The notes beneath the pieces are model-generated. The model saw only the letters and a program-made list of their open reading frames with translations. It was not told the origin of the DNA and ran no database searches. DNA of 57,078 nucleotides, the filler included, from Bipalium vagum (taxonomy: Eukaryota): the NCBI GenBank assembly GCA_037834085.1. It is 3 parts of 3 records of this genome, joined end to end, with 100 filler letters (N's around TTAATTAATTAA, not from the genome) between each part and the next. Parts side by side here need not be neighbours in the genome. Positions count along the whole stretch, not along the records: positions 23,633 to 39,954 come from JBBMKC010116045.1; 2 more parts are not named here. The stretch is one strand, 5' to 3'. Both the position numbers and the translations under genes were made by a program. Of this stretch, positions 24,681 through 38,049 are shown in pieces. Numbering within the stretch: the first letter of the stretch is position 1; each line of letters begins with the position of its first letter.

Positions 24681-26099
24681 ATTAGTTTTTAAATAATTCA
24701 ACTAAAAGTTTGACTAAATTATTGAGAAAGCCAAGAATCCACAAACAATCTTAATATGAATTTAAATTTTTAGAATTAAAGAATGCTTATTATATCGATT
24801 AAGGTTTTCTGCTGAAAATTTACATGAGGATGAAAATTTTAAATACCACACAGTAGTTTAATTATGATTTAACACGTTTCATCCATTGTTCCTGCTACGA
24901 GTAATGCAGACAACTCAAAGAGCCATGCAGCCAGTTAAATGAAGTTACTTTCTGCCATCAAATAAAACAATATACCTTAACACACTTCCCAGAGCAAAAG
25001 ATTTCCCAAATCTAATTGTCTTTTAACTTGCTTCTTTCTATATCGACTGTATATTTAATACACGAGTGCAGGCAAAAATGCTAGTTTACCATGATGAATT
25101 GATTACCATTGTTGTAACCCTGACAACGATACTTTATGCTTTTTAATATATTGGAAATTTTAGACAATAGAATTTATGGTACTCTCGATAATTCCAAATA
25201 TTGTATATATCTCATTCATTACTTGAAATTTCTTTCTACGTTTTATTTCTCTTGACAAGTATTTCATAAATATAAAATAAAACAATTTTTTTAGTAAAAA
25301 AATATAGTCAAATATATATTTTTATTTATTAATATTGTATGAGTGACATTTTACTAGATTAAAAAAAAAACTGAAACATGAGCAATTAGTAATTATTAAA
25401 ATTAATTTTATATCAGAATCTTTAATATTATATTTAACCGAACTAATTTATTAGAGAAGATTCGAAATTAGAGTTCTTGATTTTTTAATTTAATATTATA
25501 TCTTTATTTTGATAATATTATTACAAGTTAAAAGATTATATTTTATAATAATTATTATATGAATATTAAATTGAATTGAAGTGAAAAATTAAATTTTTAT
25601 TTGCCCAACAGACTATTTTCTATTTATTATTATTATTATTACTGAATATTGTGTTTTGTTTTAAAGAACACTAATCAACAATTGCCTTAAACAATAATTT
25701 TTGAAAAAAGCAAAGGATGTTCTGATTCGGTTGGGCTGGTAAACTGAAACAAAATTTATTTGTGAAAATACAGATTTACTTTCCCTATACATTCTCCGTC
25801 ACAATTGCATTTCTGCAATTTATATAATATGCAATTATTTTGCAAATTACGAGATGAATGGAAAAAGTAAAAGAAAATATAAATATTCTTGTTTTATAAT
25901 TTTAATATTTTATAAGTGTAAAAACCGATTAAAAATAATTTCAAAATTTTATTGCTAAGAGACAAAGTATAAAACATTAACTTTATATTTACTATCACTT
26001 AGAAAATTCATAATAAAATATTCGTTATAAATAAAATATAACTAAAATATTTATCAGAACTTATTTTTTATTAATTATTCCAGGTTGCTCAATGAGGCG

Positions 26100-27200
26100 A
26101 TTCTTTTTAACTTAGTTGGAATTTATGATTTCACATTATTATAAGAAAGATTTTCCGTCTTATTTTAAGTTATTCCTATTCTGAAATACTTAGATACTTT
26201 GGTAAATCTAGTACCAAACCAAATCAGAAATGCATTTATCTTTTCTCAAAGTAACTGCACTTAAAAACAACAAACGTCTATATGCAATGGAACCAATTTT
26301 AGGAGCATTTTTTCCATGCTAAAGTTTTCCATGACACGAAAATATCAATAGATCGAATGTTGCAATGGCTACTTCAGGAGATCAAAAGCGTTTACCATTT
26401 TGGATTGTTAAGAACAGAAGGAAGTCACAAGATGATAAGTCTCTAAATATGGGCTATATGCCATTTGTTCTACATTTGTAGTCATTGCGAAATATATGGT
26501 TTGGTGCATCTTAAGAGAGCTGGTGTTGTCATGATACAGAATATTTTTTTGATTTTGATTGTTTTTCCTACTTTGCAAATCACCGATGATAAGTAAATTG
26601 TTATATACCATTCACATTGGCAGTTCTTTGATTCTCTAAAGCAATGGCCTTCAACCTTTTTTTAGCCTAACGCCAAATTTTGCTACATTCCCATCTATAA
26701 AAAATCTATCGCCCATCCAAACTTTGAAAAACTTATTAAAATCCAAATAATGTTTACTGACAAAAGAGAATGCAATATCTACAACTAGTATAGTAGTTGA
26801 AAGAGTTAATGAGACCCCTGTGCTTGATGTTTCGATGCCAAGGACTTCTTCCTAACGTCCACCCAATATTTCAAAATGCCCACTAGTGGGTGATATCGCC
26901 CAGGTTGAAGGCCACTGCTCTAAAGTTATCATTGTCACATGTGCTTTTAAACCGATAAGACAGACAATCATTTCTTAGTAGAACTGCAGAACCGAACAAC
27001 TTTTTATTGGTTTGGATTTAAAAGTTCAGATGATCTTGCAATATGTTTTCAATTTTTTTCATGCCAATATCAATTGATGTCTCAATTTCACTGAATGTAA
27101 AATGTTTTCAATCACTTCATGAATATTGGTGACAGGAACTGACAACCCTTACGAAATTCGTCATCTAGGCTTGTAAAGTAATTGCTGATTTCTTTGAAGA
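26100..27200 (-). mobile_element. Degenerate LINE endonuclease-region remnant interrupted by a hAT MITE
   Basis: NLLIIGDLQS resembles the APE-endonuclease IIxGDFN motif; otherwise decayed. Confidence 0.4.
26642..26917. mobile_element. hAT (Charlie-like) MITE, 276 bp
   Basis: TIR CA(A/G)TGGCCTTCAACCT at both ends; perfect 8-bp TSD CTCTAAAG at 26634-26641 and 26918-26925. Confidence 0.92.
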
Positions 27201-27229
27201 AACAAAAGGTATAAAACTATATGAAACAA

Positions 27230-27461
27230 TACATTTTCATTAAATTACGAAATGTTCATTTTTATCTTCAAGGAAGCATAAAATCTCATCTTTCATAAAA
27301 TATCTTGATAGTTAACTGCAAAAAACTGCAACAAGTCGGATTTGACATAATCTTTAGTACAAATTTCACCATTCAAGAAGTTTTGCATAGAGAGTAACAA
27401 ATGGTATTCGGAAGAGACTAGATCTGGGCTATAATTGTGAATAATTTGACTATTGGCCAAC
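27230..27461 (-). mobile_element. Mariner 3' fragment
   Basis: YSPDLVSSEYHLLLSMQNFLNG corresponds to the YSPDLAPSDYHLF motif region. Confidence 0.8.
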
Positions 27462-27466
27462 GTGTT

Positions 27467-27544
27467 TGTTAGTTGAAAATTATTCGGAGATACTGGGATT
27501 CGAACCCAGCTACATCCCCCTAACAATTTTCAATATATCTCACA
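27467..27544 (-). mobile_element. Solo tRNA-Ala-containing LTR with internal deletion
   Basis: TGTGAGATATATTGAAAATTG...TTTTCAACTAACA on minus strand; flanks GTGTT / GTGTG (4/5 match). Confidence 0.8.
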
Positions 27545-28353
27545 GTGTGTAAAAAATTGTTGAAAACTAATGACTTAACATTTTCCCAACCGGTGATTTC
27601 TAAAACGGAACCGGCTTTCAAAGAAACCTAAACAGCATGTCGCATTTTTTTGAGTGATTTGATTTATTTTTATTAATTTATTAAAACAAATCTCATGTGA
27701 ATATTTAGGAAATAATATAAAAAATTAATATTAAACTTATGTCCTCAAATACCTTACACATCCTGTAATTTTTAGTTTGGTTCACGATACAAATGTTCTG
27801 GGTTATAAGACCACTGGTTATAATTAAGAACATTTCCAGAATATCTTTTTCTATTCTTTTTCCTTTTTGAAAAGTATTCTTTTGATTTTCTACTTTTTTT
27901 AGGCTGACAAAATTTTTATTTCCATGTACTGGATTTAGAACATCAAATCTATCGGTTAGGACACAATTCAAAACTTTAAAATCTGAATTTTCCTTTGTTA
28001 CTATTAAAATTCCTAAATTAATATGTATTTAAATCAAAATAAAACTTTCTTTTTTTTCCCGGCTTCTGTTTTAAATTACGATTACATTCTTTTTCTTACT
28101 ATTAGATCTAAACTGTTGCTGTACTTTACAAAATAAGAGTAAAATACTGAACATTCGTTAACTTGAATGGTTATATAACAATATTAGAAGTAAGAAAAAT
28201 TTAATTTTAATATTTTCAAGACTGAAAATTTAGTAAAATCGGAAGTAGTTAAATCTTATAGGTGTTGAATACGTTAGATTATTTATATTATACTTTTTAT
28301 ATATGTAAAAGAAAGTTGGAAGCGCAGTGATAAATTATAGAATTAACATACAA

Positions 28354-28356
<3 letters not shown>

Positions 28357-28403
<47 letters not shown>
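28357..28403. repeat. (AAT)n microsatellite
   Basis: About 15 uninterrupted AAT units. Confidence 0.9.
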
Positions 28404-28404
<1 letters not shown>

Positions 28405-29974
28405 TTTTCATTTATGATAATATTTCTCATCAATAACTTAACAGGTTTTCTATTATTGCTAAATATTTTTCATTAATCTCAGTCCTAATTCAATCTTATA
28501 TTTTATGATTTGGGATATTCTAGGTAAATTAATTCAATTTCTTAAAACATCTATCAATGAAAATTTTAAACTGTTAAGGATAACATGTAGTAACAAAAAA
28601 GCTGTGTATTAATGAAAGTTTATAACAATTTATAAACACTTTATAAACATTTTAAATTATTTATCTTTAAAGTTCAAGATTGATAAAACAAAGAACACCT
28701 GGATTTCACTCATTAGAAATTAGAAATTTAGGTGATCAGATGAATTTTAAATACAAAATAATTGTCAATAGGAGGGTTTTCGATTAAAGATTGACAGTTT
28801 TCAATTGTTACTGGTAATTCATTGTTATATGAAAAATGAATTATTAAAGCTCATAATTAAAGACTACGAATTTTTTATGTCAAATTTTTGACAGCATTTT
28901 GTTACATTGATAAATAAACTTCCTGGTGGTTATTTAGAATTTGTCCATTTATTTTATCACAAAGGAAAGTTTCCGGGACGGTTGAAAACACATGGTAATT
29001 TTTCTTCAGGACAAAAATGTTATCTACAAACTTCATTTCCGAAAAACCCAATACCGAAATATATAAATAAAAAATAAATATTTAAGCTTTCAGAACCTCA
29101 ACAAGTTTGAAAGAAATTAATACATTATTTATATTATCAAAAATAATATTCATTCCACTTCCATAATAGTATTTCTCAGATAGCAAAAGTTTTTATTCAT
29201 GCAAATCCGCCAGTCCTGGCTAATTAATGCCTGGGTAGTTGTAAAACGTTCTTGAATAATTGATCAATTTTTTCCTATATATATTTATATTTAAAAATAA
29301 AAAGAGTACACCATTTACTAAATAGTTCAATCAATAAAGTTCTTTTTACTTTGAATGAAAGGAGTAGAATTTTCTGGAAATTCTTTAAGTTTGATTATTG
29401 TTATATACCAAATTATAACATTATAAATTGTTACAAAATATTGCAATCAATGCAACCTAGATAGCATTCAGGTTATCATGTTTAAATGGTATCTTGACTT
29501 AGTCTGCCACTGGATTTTGGCATTACAAAAGACAGGTTTTGAAGCTGGGAGAAAAAATGAATAAACAAACAACCTCTCTCTAAGTCAAGCGTCTTGTTAT
29601 TATTATTGCTATTGTGTAGAAGGGTGACAAAATATTATTTGTAACTTATGGAAATGAAAAGAATGTAAACGGTTACATAAATTGCTTACTTGATCAATTA
29701 TTGAAGAAAAATATAAAATTTTTGTATATATTTTAATAATTTATTTAATGAGAATTGCAAAAAAATACTTTAAGCAGCTGAAAATAGTGAAAATTAATAA
29801 TTATAATAAAAATATAATTGATAAGATATCGAAGATAAATAAAAGGTATATAAAAAAGGGATAAATTATTAAAGGGTGATGCAACCAATGAGAGCTCAAC
29901 AATTTGTATTAGATAAAATCTATGCAGATGTAAAATGAAATTATTTAAAGGAAGAAAATCTATAATACTCCATA

Positions 29975-30013
29975 ATGGACGCTAATTCCAAAGTGATTCA
30001 AAATCCGAACCGG
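29975..30013 (+). CDS. Candidate first coding exon of the Cys-less pLGIC gene (MDANSKVIQNPNR)
   Basis: ATG after an in-frame stop, phase-0 donor CGG|GTAATA compatible with exon 34545; no homology support. Confidence 0.4.
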
Positions 30014-31880
30014 GTAATAATATTTTATTATATTTATATTATATTTAATTTTTGGTTTTCCATTTATAACCTGTAAAATGACTACACGTTTTTAATGAGA
30101 ATTATGATTCTCTAATTTTTTTCAATCAAAGACTTCTCAAACAATGTTCTTCCCATTTTAAAATAAATAAATCTGATTTTACAATAATGCAATCTTTGCC
30201 TTTTATTTCCAATTTATTTATTTGTCACTGATTATGCTTGAACATGAGTAAATTTTGGTGTAAAAAATTAAATATATTTATCAATCTACGTTACAGAAGA
30301 TGTTAATATTGTGTTTTAAATTAATAATCTATAATAATAATATAATATAATATGAAATAATAATAATAATATGAAATAAATAAATTAATAATCAAAAAAA
30401 CATTTTTATCTAATTTAATATTTTAGATAGACTTTAAATATGAGGTATCATTTATCAAATTGAAACCAGTAAAGTAAAACAATTAATGTTTGGGACATTA
30501 ATGTATTGGTATTTTATTCTTCAGAATTTAATGAATATTATTAAAAAAAATTATTACAATTTTTTCCATTGAAATGTAAAATTTTGCGGTTTTAAATAGT
30601 TAATTTTAAACAAATATTAGGTGTTCAAAAAGAAGATGAAATAATTAAAAATATTATTTTTCAACAAAATTTATAAATTACATCTTCATAAAGAACCAGG
30701 AGAAATTATTTTATTCTTAAACAAAACAAAATTATTTTCAATGCTATAAAATAATTTTTTTTGTTAAGAAATTAAAATGTCCATCCACTTTATTTAGCCT
30801 CCATATAGTTGTTTCATTTAATTCCATTACTATTATTTTCTTAATTATTTTTTTATTAAAAATTATAGTGTAAATCTCAAGTAACAGTTTAAATAACTTT
30901 TAGAGAATTTGAACTTTTTTTAGAGAGATTGGATAATTATCAATAGATGTCTGTTTGACAATAAGATTTCGGAATGTTTATAACAAGCAGAAAATTCAAA
31001 TGCAAAAAATTAATTAATAGCGGAATCAAGTTTCATATTGGCACCTATTTTAATTCATTTTGTAACTAATTTACATTGATTTTTACAAAAAAAATCAGAG
31101 GATTTCTACAATTTCTAAGTTTAATGTACCTTTTAAAAAGTACCTTTATTTTTCTTTGATAATTCGATAGATTTTTCATACAGTAAAGATAACATAAATA
31201 TTTTAATATAATTAATAAAACCTAAAAATTCAATTATTAATTAACTCTATCTCTAAAGATAAAGTAATTCGAAAATCAAAATGAACTCAAATTCTGTGTA
31301 ATAACATCCTATCTTCCTTAATATTTAATAAATAAAAATAAAAATTGTTTTACAATTGCGAATCACAGTGTATATCAAAACGTTTGTCTTGGATATAGTC
31401 ATGTTAAATTCATTTAAAGTCCACTGGAGCAAACCCTTTTGAGTTTTCGTTGATTTCTTGATAAAATTAATTAATTGTATGCGAATTTATTATAAGTAAT
31501 TTTTCTTTTGAATACATATTTGAAAGAAAATGTCGAAAAAACTGTAAATTTAAAAAACACTGAAATTTGAATTTCAAAAATCGTTCTAAATCATATCTAA
31601 ATAAATCAGTGAGACTTGAAAAATTATTAAATTAACATGTACTGATGTTGATGGTTATTTTTTAGTTGAATATATGTATTGTCAATAAAATGTATTTCTC
31701 TGACAAACTCAGTCATTATTAAGTATGAAACGATAATTTTATAAAAATGTTTTTTTAGAAAGAATATATTCTAAAGTTTGTGACATTTTTAAATATACGA
31801 AGTGTCTGATATTTACATTGTTACCTTTTGGTTTCTTAAATTAAATAATTTATTAATTTGTATTTTATAATTATAATTAT

Positions 31881-32333
31881 TATTAGGTTGATATAAAAAT
31901 GTCTTTTTAGTAATTCGATTAATTAATAGATTTTAATTCATAACTTGTTTTAATATTCAACATATATCAATATGATTCGCAAGCTAACATTTTATGAAGT
32001 ATTTTCTGTATGAATTAATAGTATTAATTATTATTATTTCTAGAATACTTAATCAAACATGTAAAAATATAAAATGAGAACAATTTTTTGTATGAATACA
32101 AGTTATGCACAAAAGCCAGTGAAACTGTTCTGAAAATAAATAATGCATTTGGCCCTGCAAATCGTTGGTTTGAACGGTTTCCGTCGTGGGAATGAGACCC
32201 TTGAAAGGTTTTCAGGCATCTAAACTAATATAATAAATCCGTTTCTTAAAAATAAGTTATTTTAATGCATATCCTCTAAATGTTCATATTTTGGTAAATT
32301 TAAAAGTTCACCATTATTTGTTTGTTTCCTAAT
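31881..32333 (+). mobile_element. Internally deleted mariner
   Basis: TIR-like TATTAGGTTGATA; N-terminal translation FLYEYKLCTKASETVLKINNAFGP. Confidence 0.7.
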
Positions 32334-33817
32334 GTAATATGATTAATAAAAGACCATTTTCTTGATTACTTAACTCAGAATGGAAAAGAAAATTCGAATA
32401 ATTATTTTGTACGAGTCCAAAGGTCTCGGGAATTGATTTAAAAATTAATCACATTTCTTAAAAAATTAATCACACATACATTGATAAAAAATTAGTTGAT
32501 ATTCAATAGTTTTTAAGTTAATTAAAATCCTCATATTATTACTGTTATTATTATTTGTTGAATTTACGGATATCTTTATTGAAGAATTATGATTTAATAA
32601 AATAATAATTATACTTGGTGCAAAAATTAAGTTGCTTATAATAATATATCAAAACCTTTTCCCGACACATGTTTTATATTTATTTATTATATAATAATTA
32701 TTTTACATTATTAATTTTAATAATGAGATAATTTAAAACTTTTGTATATCTTAATGTGGTCATACTGAGTATTATAGATTAATAATTAACCAATGCCGTA
32801 TCCGGTAATAGCAAATATAATAATAGAATAATTTCTCTTCGCTATTATGTAAAATCATTAAAAATAATAATTGGAATCTGAATATAATAATAATAAAATG
32901 AATTAGGTATTCATAAAGCGCTTTGAACAATATAACATTTTTTAGGTTTATACAAAAGATTCCATTTAAATTGAAAGATCAATAATAAAAATGAGAAATA
33001 GTATATATTTTACTATTTATTGAACCTTTGTTCATTAAATTACCGTTTTCATTTTTATCATTGTCATTCATTCTTGGAGGAAGCATTAAATATCAAAAAA
33101 TATTGATGAATTAATATCCTAAAACCCAATATAACTTCAATTTTCCATATATTGCTGTATTGTGGGCGTGGTTAACAATTGACAACTTCAATTTATAAAA
33201 TAAAAATTTTTTCTCCAAAAATTTCTATGCAAAGAAATATTTGATAGAAATTTCAGAATCGAAAAAAGTACCTCTTACAAAAATATTATTGTATAATTTC
33301 GTATTAATCTTAACAATGTCGCAAATCCTAATCCTGAATAAGACCATAATATAAAAGATTTATGATATTAAAAGGAAATAAATATCTTAAAGAAAATCAG
33401 TCAAATAACAAATAATAAACTAGACTTTCGATATCAGCGATCTCAGCTGAATAAATTTTTCTCAAAAAGTAGCTTATAGAAAATAGGTTGCTTAAAACGA
33501 AAAACTTTTATGCGTTTTGTATTACTGACTTTTTTCTTACCTAAACGTCTAGACTAATAAAATCAAACCAATTTCGAATCTTATTTTTTGTATTTTTACT
33601 AAAAACTTGACACTATTGTAACTATATTAATAAACTGTATAATAAAATTTTAAAATTAAGTTCGTAAAAAAATTATTATTATTTAAAAAATTTAATTCTG
33701 AAACTGGAGACCAATGATTTCTTGTAAACCAGAGATAAATGTAACTTTCAATTATGCAATATAACACAATATTTAAGATCTGAAGTTTTATAGTTTTTAT
33801 TTTTTTACATTCAAGTA

Positions 33818-33990
33818 TATACGAGGATGGTTTGAAAAGTTCCCGAAAAGAAAAAGAAAAACAAATTTTATTTTAACAAAAATCAAATTATTTTTCAACA
33901 TAATCTTCTTTAAGATTAATGCACTTCTGTCAATAATGTTCTAAGGATCCATCTTGAAAGTGGTGAAAATAATTCTTCAAAATAATTATT
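33818..33990 (-). mobile_element. Mariner 3' end fragment
   Basis: TIR-like TACGAGGATGGTTTGAAAAGTTCCCG followed by decayed C-terminal coding sequence. Confidence 0.6.
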
Positions 33991-34089
33991 ACGATTTGTT
34001 TAAATGTTATATTTTTAAATAATAAAAAAAAATTCAGCTAAACAATGTACCGTAATTGACTATATTAAGCGGACACATAAGCCCCAAAT

Positions 34090-34280
34090 AAATTTCAACA
34101 GATTTTCATCCATGGGTTCCATGATCTTATTTCTGGTTTGAATTTGTTGTTTGAGGCCTGCCCAGGTGCCGTCTGCAGTGTTCGTGTGGAAATATGTTAC
34201 TGAATCTGTTTAGAATGGTTTACAATTTCATGGAAAAACTTTTTTGTAATTAGATCCATCGTATCACGAAATACAACCAA
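34090..34280 (-). mobile_element. Merlin/IS1595-family transposase fragment
   Basis: HEIVNHSK..DSVTYFHTNTADGTWAGLKQ matches HxxVNHS..D..TG.HTNTIEGxWxxLK. Confidence 0.7.
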
Positions 34281-34544
34281 GATAAATATAATAATACAGA
34301 ACTACAGATAAAATAATTTAAAGAAAAATTATTATTTAATTTATTATTTACATTTAATTATGTATTAACTAATATTTTTATTGTTATTATTAGTCTGATT
34401 ATCGACGAAAATATAAAAATGTGAAATATTATTGCAAATTGATATAATTATATAAAAAACTTTGTTTAAGAAAATTGAAATATAATTTGGTTTATTTAAT
34501 GTCTATAGTAACCTTTAGAATTATTATTTATAAAATTTTTTTAG

Positions 34545-37500
34545 CGAAATGTATATTTGCGCTGTGTGTTCGTGAAAATTTATAAGGTTGACACAGTGAA
34601 TGAATTTTATTCCGGAGAGATTTTTCTTCAATCCAAATGGAGGGAGCCTTTGCTAGACCACAGATCGGAATCGAAAGTAATACAAATAAATATTTAAAAA
34701 TTTTTCTTTTCTCTTTGGTGTAACAGTATTTTCTATCATGTGTTCTGTAATATTACATTCAAAATTTAAAGTGATAAAAACTACTACCTTATTTTACATG
34801 GAAATGTTTTAAGGAATATGAGATATATTGAAAATTAGTAGGGGGATGTAGCTCAGCGGTTAGAGCAGTGCATGCGCACGTGAAGGTCCCGGTATCTCCG
34901 ATTAATTTTCAACTAACAAGGAAAAACTCGGTTATTGAATAGAAATACTGTTTTATTATACACTTAACATTCTCTTCCAATTTATATATTTTTAGTCGTT
35001 CAAAGTATGTTACATTAACGGAAAATGCTAAAATCTAATGAAGCAATGTCTGGATAATGACTATGGATAAACGTCCCAGTCAAATTTCACTGATTTTTCT
35101 TAATAGTCATTAGGGCATGAAATCAGGTGTTATTATGTTGCAGAACACTGGCTTTTCTTACAGCGACTCCAGTATATTAATTTACAGCTCGTGCAATTTT
35201 GTGGCGTTCGCTACTTTGTGCAGCTTAATTGAATCATTTAGGTTGAAGTTGTCGAAGTCTAGTGTTTCTTTCTGGATTGTTCGTGGTGGACCACAAATGT
35301 GAACAACTCTCAAGATTTAACACTCTTAGATTTTTATGCTTGGAGATTCACTAAATCTAAGGTCTACTCTGGTTGGATAATTAAAAAGGTTACTGAACTT
35401 AAAAATCATATTACGGAGGCAGTTCAGCAGATAACACCATAAATGATAGAAAATGTGTTTCGTGAAGACAAATTTGAGCTATTTAAAAAAACTTATGGTC
35501 TCCATGCAGAGATATAATTATTTCTCTTATTTATTTTGAACAACGCATTTTCTGAAAACTTTTTTGTCAAAATTTTAAATAATTTTTGAAATAGATAGTG
35601 ACTTTTAAGACACTCTGTATTATCGAATTAAAAATCTTTAGATAGTAACAAAAAATAATTAAGTATTTTTCATAATTTCTTTATATTTTCAAAAATTTAT
35701 CAATTTAATTTTTTTCCTCCTTAATTAGAATTTTTTTGTTAAATTGTGTTTAAATCTTAAAATTTTTACAACTTTTCCATATATAATAAAGAAATTTTTT
35801 TTCTCACACATTGTTTTGTTCGCCAAAGGCACTAAATGAAAATATTATAAAAAGGGACCAGAAAGGGCCCGATTAATTATATTAATAATGATAATAATAA
35901 TTTTAAGAATAATAGGCTATTAACAATATAAAGAATAATTAGTTAATAATAACGACTAATTATTATCTTCGATAGATGCCTTAATAACCCCTGTGTAAAC
36001 ATTAGTTGGCTTCCCTGATCCTAAAACGTCAAAATTACCATCCCTAAATCGGGAAAACCATCTCTGACATTTTCTGATAGAAAGAGTATGGGGATAAATC
36101 TTGTTGATTGACCTAGTAGCCTCTGTTGCCGTTTAATCATGTCGAAATTCATAAAACATACAATGGCGTATATTATTTTCATTTGGTATTTCCTCTGCCA
36201 TTTCTACAGATTTAATGCATATAATTAAATTATTCAAAAAATATTAAAATATTAAACTTCGTAAATTCATCCAAAAAAATATTAATTTGATATATTTAAA
36301 CAAATTACTTATCGATAGAATATTAATTATTAAAAAAACGACATTATACTAATGTGTCGACCTAATAAGTGAAATTTCTTTTATGGAAATTAAAAGATGT
36401 TCACACATCATAAAAGCTTTTTGATTCAAAAAGAAGGAAAGAAAAATATTTTTAAAAATTATATTTTTTGTTGATTTATATTGTTATATGTTTATATTTA
36501 TATATGTTTTTGAATAACGATATTCTTATATGAATAATGTCTTAAAATCATTCATCTCTAATAATTTCAAAGGCAAAGAAATATTTTAGACAAAAGTAAG
36601 TTACAAACATCTCACAGTTACACTATTGTTAGAAAAATTTATAATGTTAAAATTATTACGATAAAGTATTATTATTTATAATTTAAGGACATAAATTTGG
36701 CAACTTTCTGGAATCCGAAGCTAACAATCGAGAATATTTTCACCGAGAATAAATCTTCAACTTCATTAGAAGTGTCTTACACGGGAAAAAATAATGAAGC
36801 ATACATATTAGAGAAAAGAAAAGTTAAAGCCAGTTTTCGGGAAACACTCGAATTGCAACATTTTCCCTTTGATTGTCAAGTTTGACTTGTTTTTAAATTA
36901 TCATAAAACTTTTGATTAATAATAAATATTTTTAATATTATTTTAAATAAATGGTATTTCACTAAGAGCTACCGAATTTTATTGTTAAAAAAACATCAAA
37001 AACATCTTTATTTAAAAGTTACTCATTACAATTAAAATGAAAGATAATTTCTTCCAAATGACTACCGAGACTTTTTTCACAAGATCTTATTCTTTCCTCA
37101 AAATTTTTGATCGTTTTCATACATAAATTTGATTTAATTTCGCTAGTCACTTCTTGAATATTATCTTTCAGCAGTTTAATGCTTCGTGGGTTGCTTTTGT
37201 AAACTTTTCAAAATAATCAAATGATGTCTTGGCGGCCAGTTGATATCACCGATAATTCTGCTAGCAAACTTTTTTTCAATCAAGATATTGTTGTTCTATC
37301 TGTGTGACATGTTGAACCATCTATTTGGAACCATTAGTTATTTAAATTCATGTTCTCCAAATGAGACCATTGAAATCTATTAGCATTTTGATATATTGCT
37401 CTCAACTCACCGTAAATGAATTCCTTTCTCCGATCACAACAAATAAGGACCAATCACGTCTTCAGATGAAAGGTCACATTTCTGCATCTCTACTATAAAA

Positions 37501-37782
37501 GATTGTAAAAATTTGTAAAATTTAAATGTTAAAATCGGACATTTCATATGACACAACCTAATAAACAATAAGGTAAGTAAGTAATTACAGAAATTAAAAG
37601 ATGTAGTTTTTTATATTTTTAATTTATGTTCACTTATGATTTTTCAGGATTTGTCAATATCTGTATCATCAGAATTTTCTTTATCAGACATAAATCTTGC
37701 AGAATGTCCTCATGATCTTAGTAAGCTGAATACTTTGGATGGAATCGAGTCTCAAGAATGGAATTTATATGAGCATGTAGAG
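34545..37782 (+). CDS. Pentameric ligand-gated ion channel subunit, Cys-less (Pro-loop) type; extracellular-domain exons, 3' part not found
   Basis: Three phase-0 GT-AG exons: 34545-34676 (RNVYLRCVFVKIYKVDTVNEFYSGEIFLQSKWREPLLD), 36688-36879 (FWNPKLTIEN...FRETLELQHFPFDCQ), 37648-37782 (DLSISVSS...SQEWNLYEHVE). Confidence 0.88.
34817..34918 (+). mobile_element. Solo tRNA-Ala-containing LTR in pLGIC intron
   Basis: TATGAGATATATTGAAAATTAGTAGGGGGATGTAGCTCAG...TTTTCAACTAACA; AGGAA on both sides (34812-34816, 34919-34923); T-loop/B box deleted. Confidence 0.85.
35285..35619 (+). mobile_element. Tc1/mariner-superfamily 3' fragment
   Basis: SQDLTLLDFYAWRFTKSKVY (cf. SPDLTPLDFFLWGYLKSKVY); terminus ACTTTTAAGACACTCTG|TA. 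Confidence 0.75.
35975..36365 (-). mobile_element. Mariner 5' fragment
   Basis: IRHCVFYEFRHD*TATEATRSINKIY...CQRWFSRFRDGNFD mariner N-terminal HTH. Confidence 0.8.
36950..37562 (-). mobile_element. Deleted Tc1/mariner-superfamily element in pLGIC intron
   Basis: Minus-strand WFQIDGSTCHT and DINWPPR motifs; TIR-like TATTAGGTTGTGTCATATG. Confidence 0.75.
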
Positions 37783-38049
37783 GTTGGTTATATGTTGAAA
37801 GCGTATATAATCAAATTATTGAGTATATGTCCTAATTTTAGTCAAAGTGTCAGTATAAGTTATCCAAAATCGTAAGGGTTATAAACAATATTAGTTTCAA
37901 AATATACGTAAAGTATCATGCGTGCCGAATTATTCATTTTAAAGTAAAATTAACCATTGTTGGTAATCGTCTGAAACTTTTATGTATTACATGTCTTTAA
38001 AATATAACACAATGTATAGACCATAAGCTTTTTACAATCATTCTTGATT

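Noticed and set aside
31365-31392. CACAGTG as RSS/Transib-like terminus
   Set aside because: No nonamer or partner inverted repeat found; the other CACAGTG at 27541 is just LTR end plus flank.
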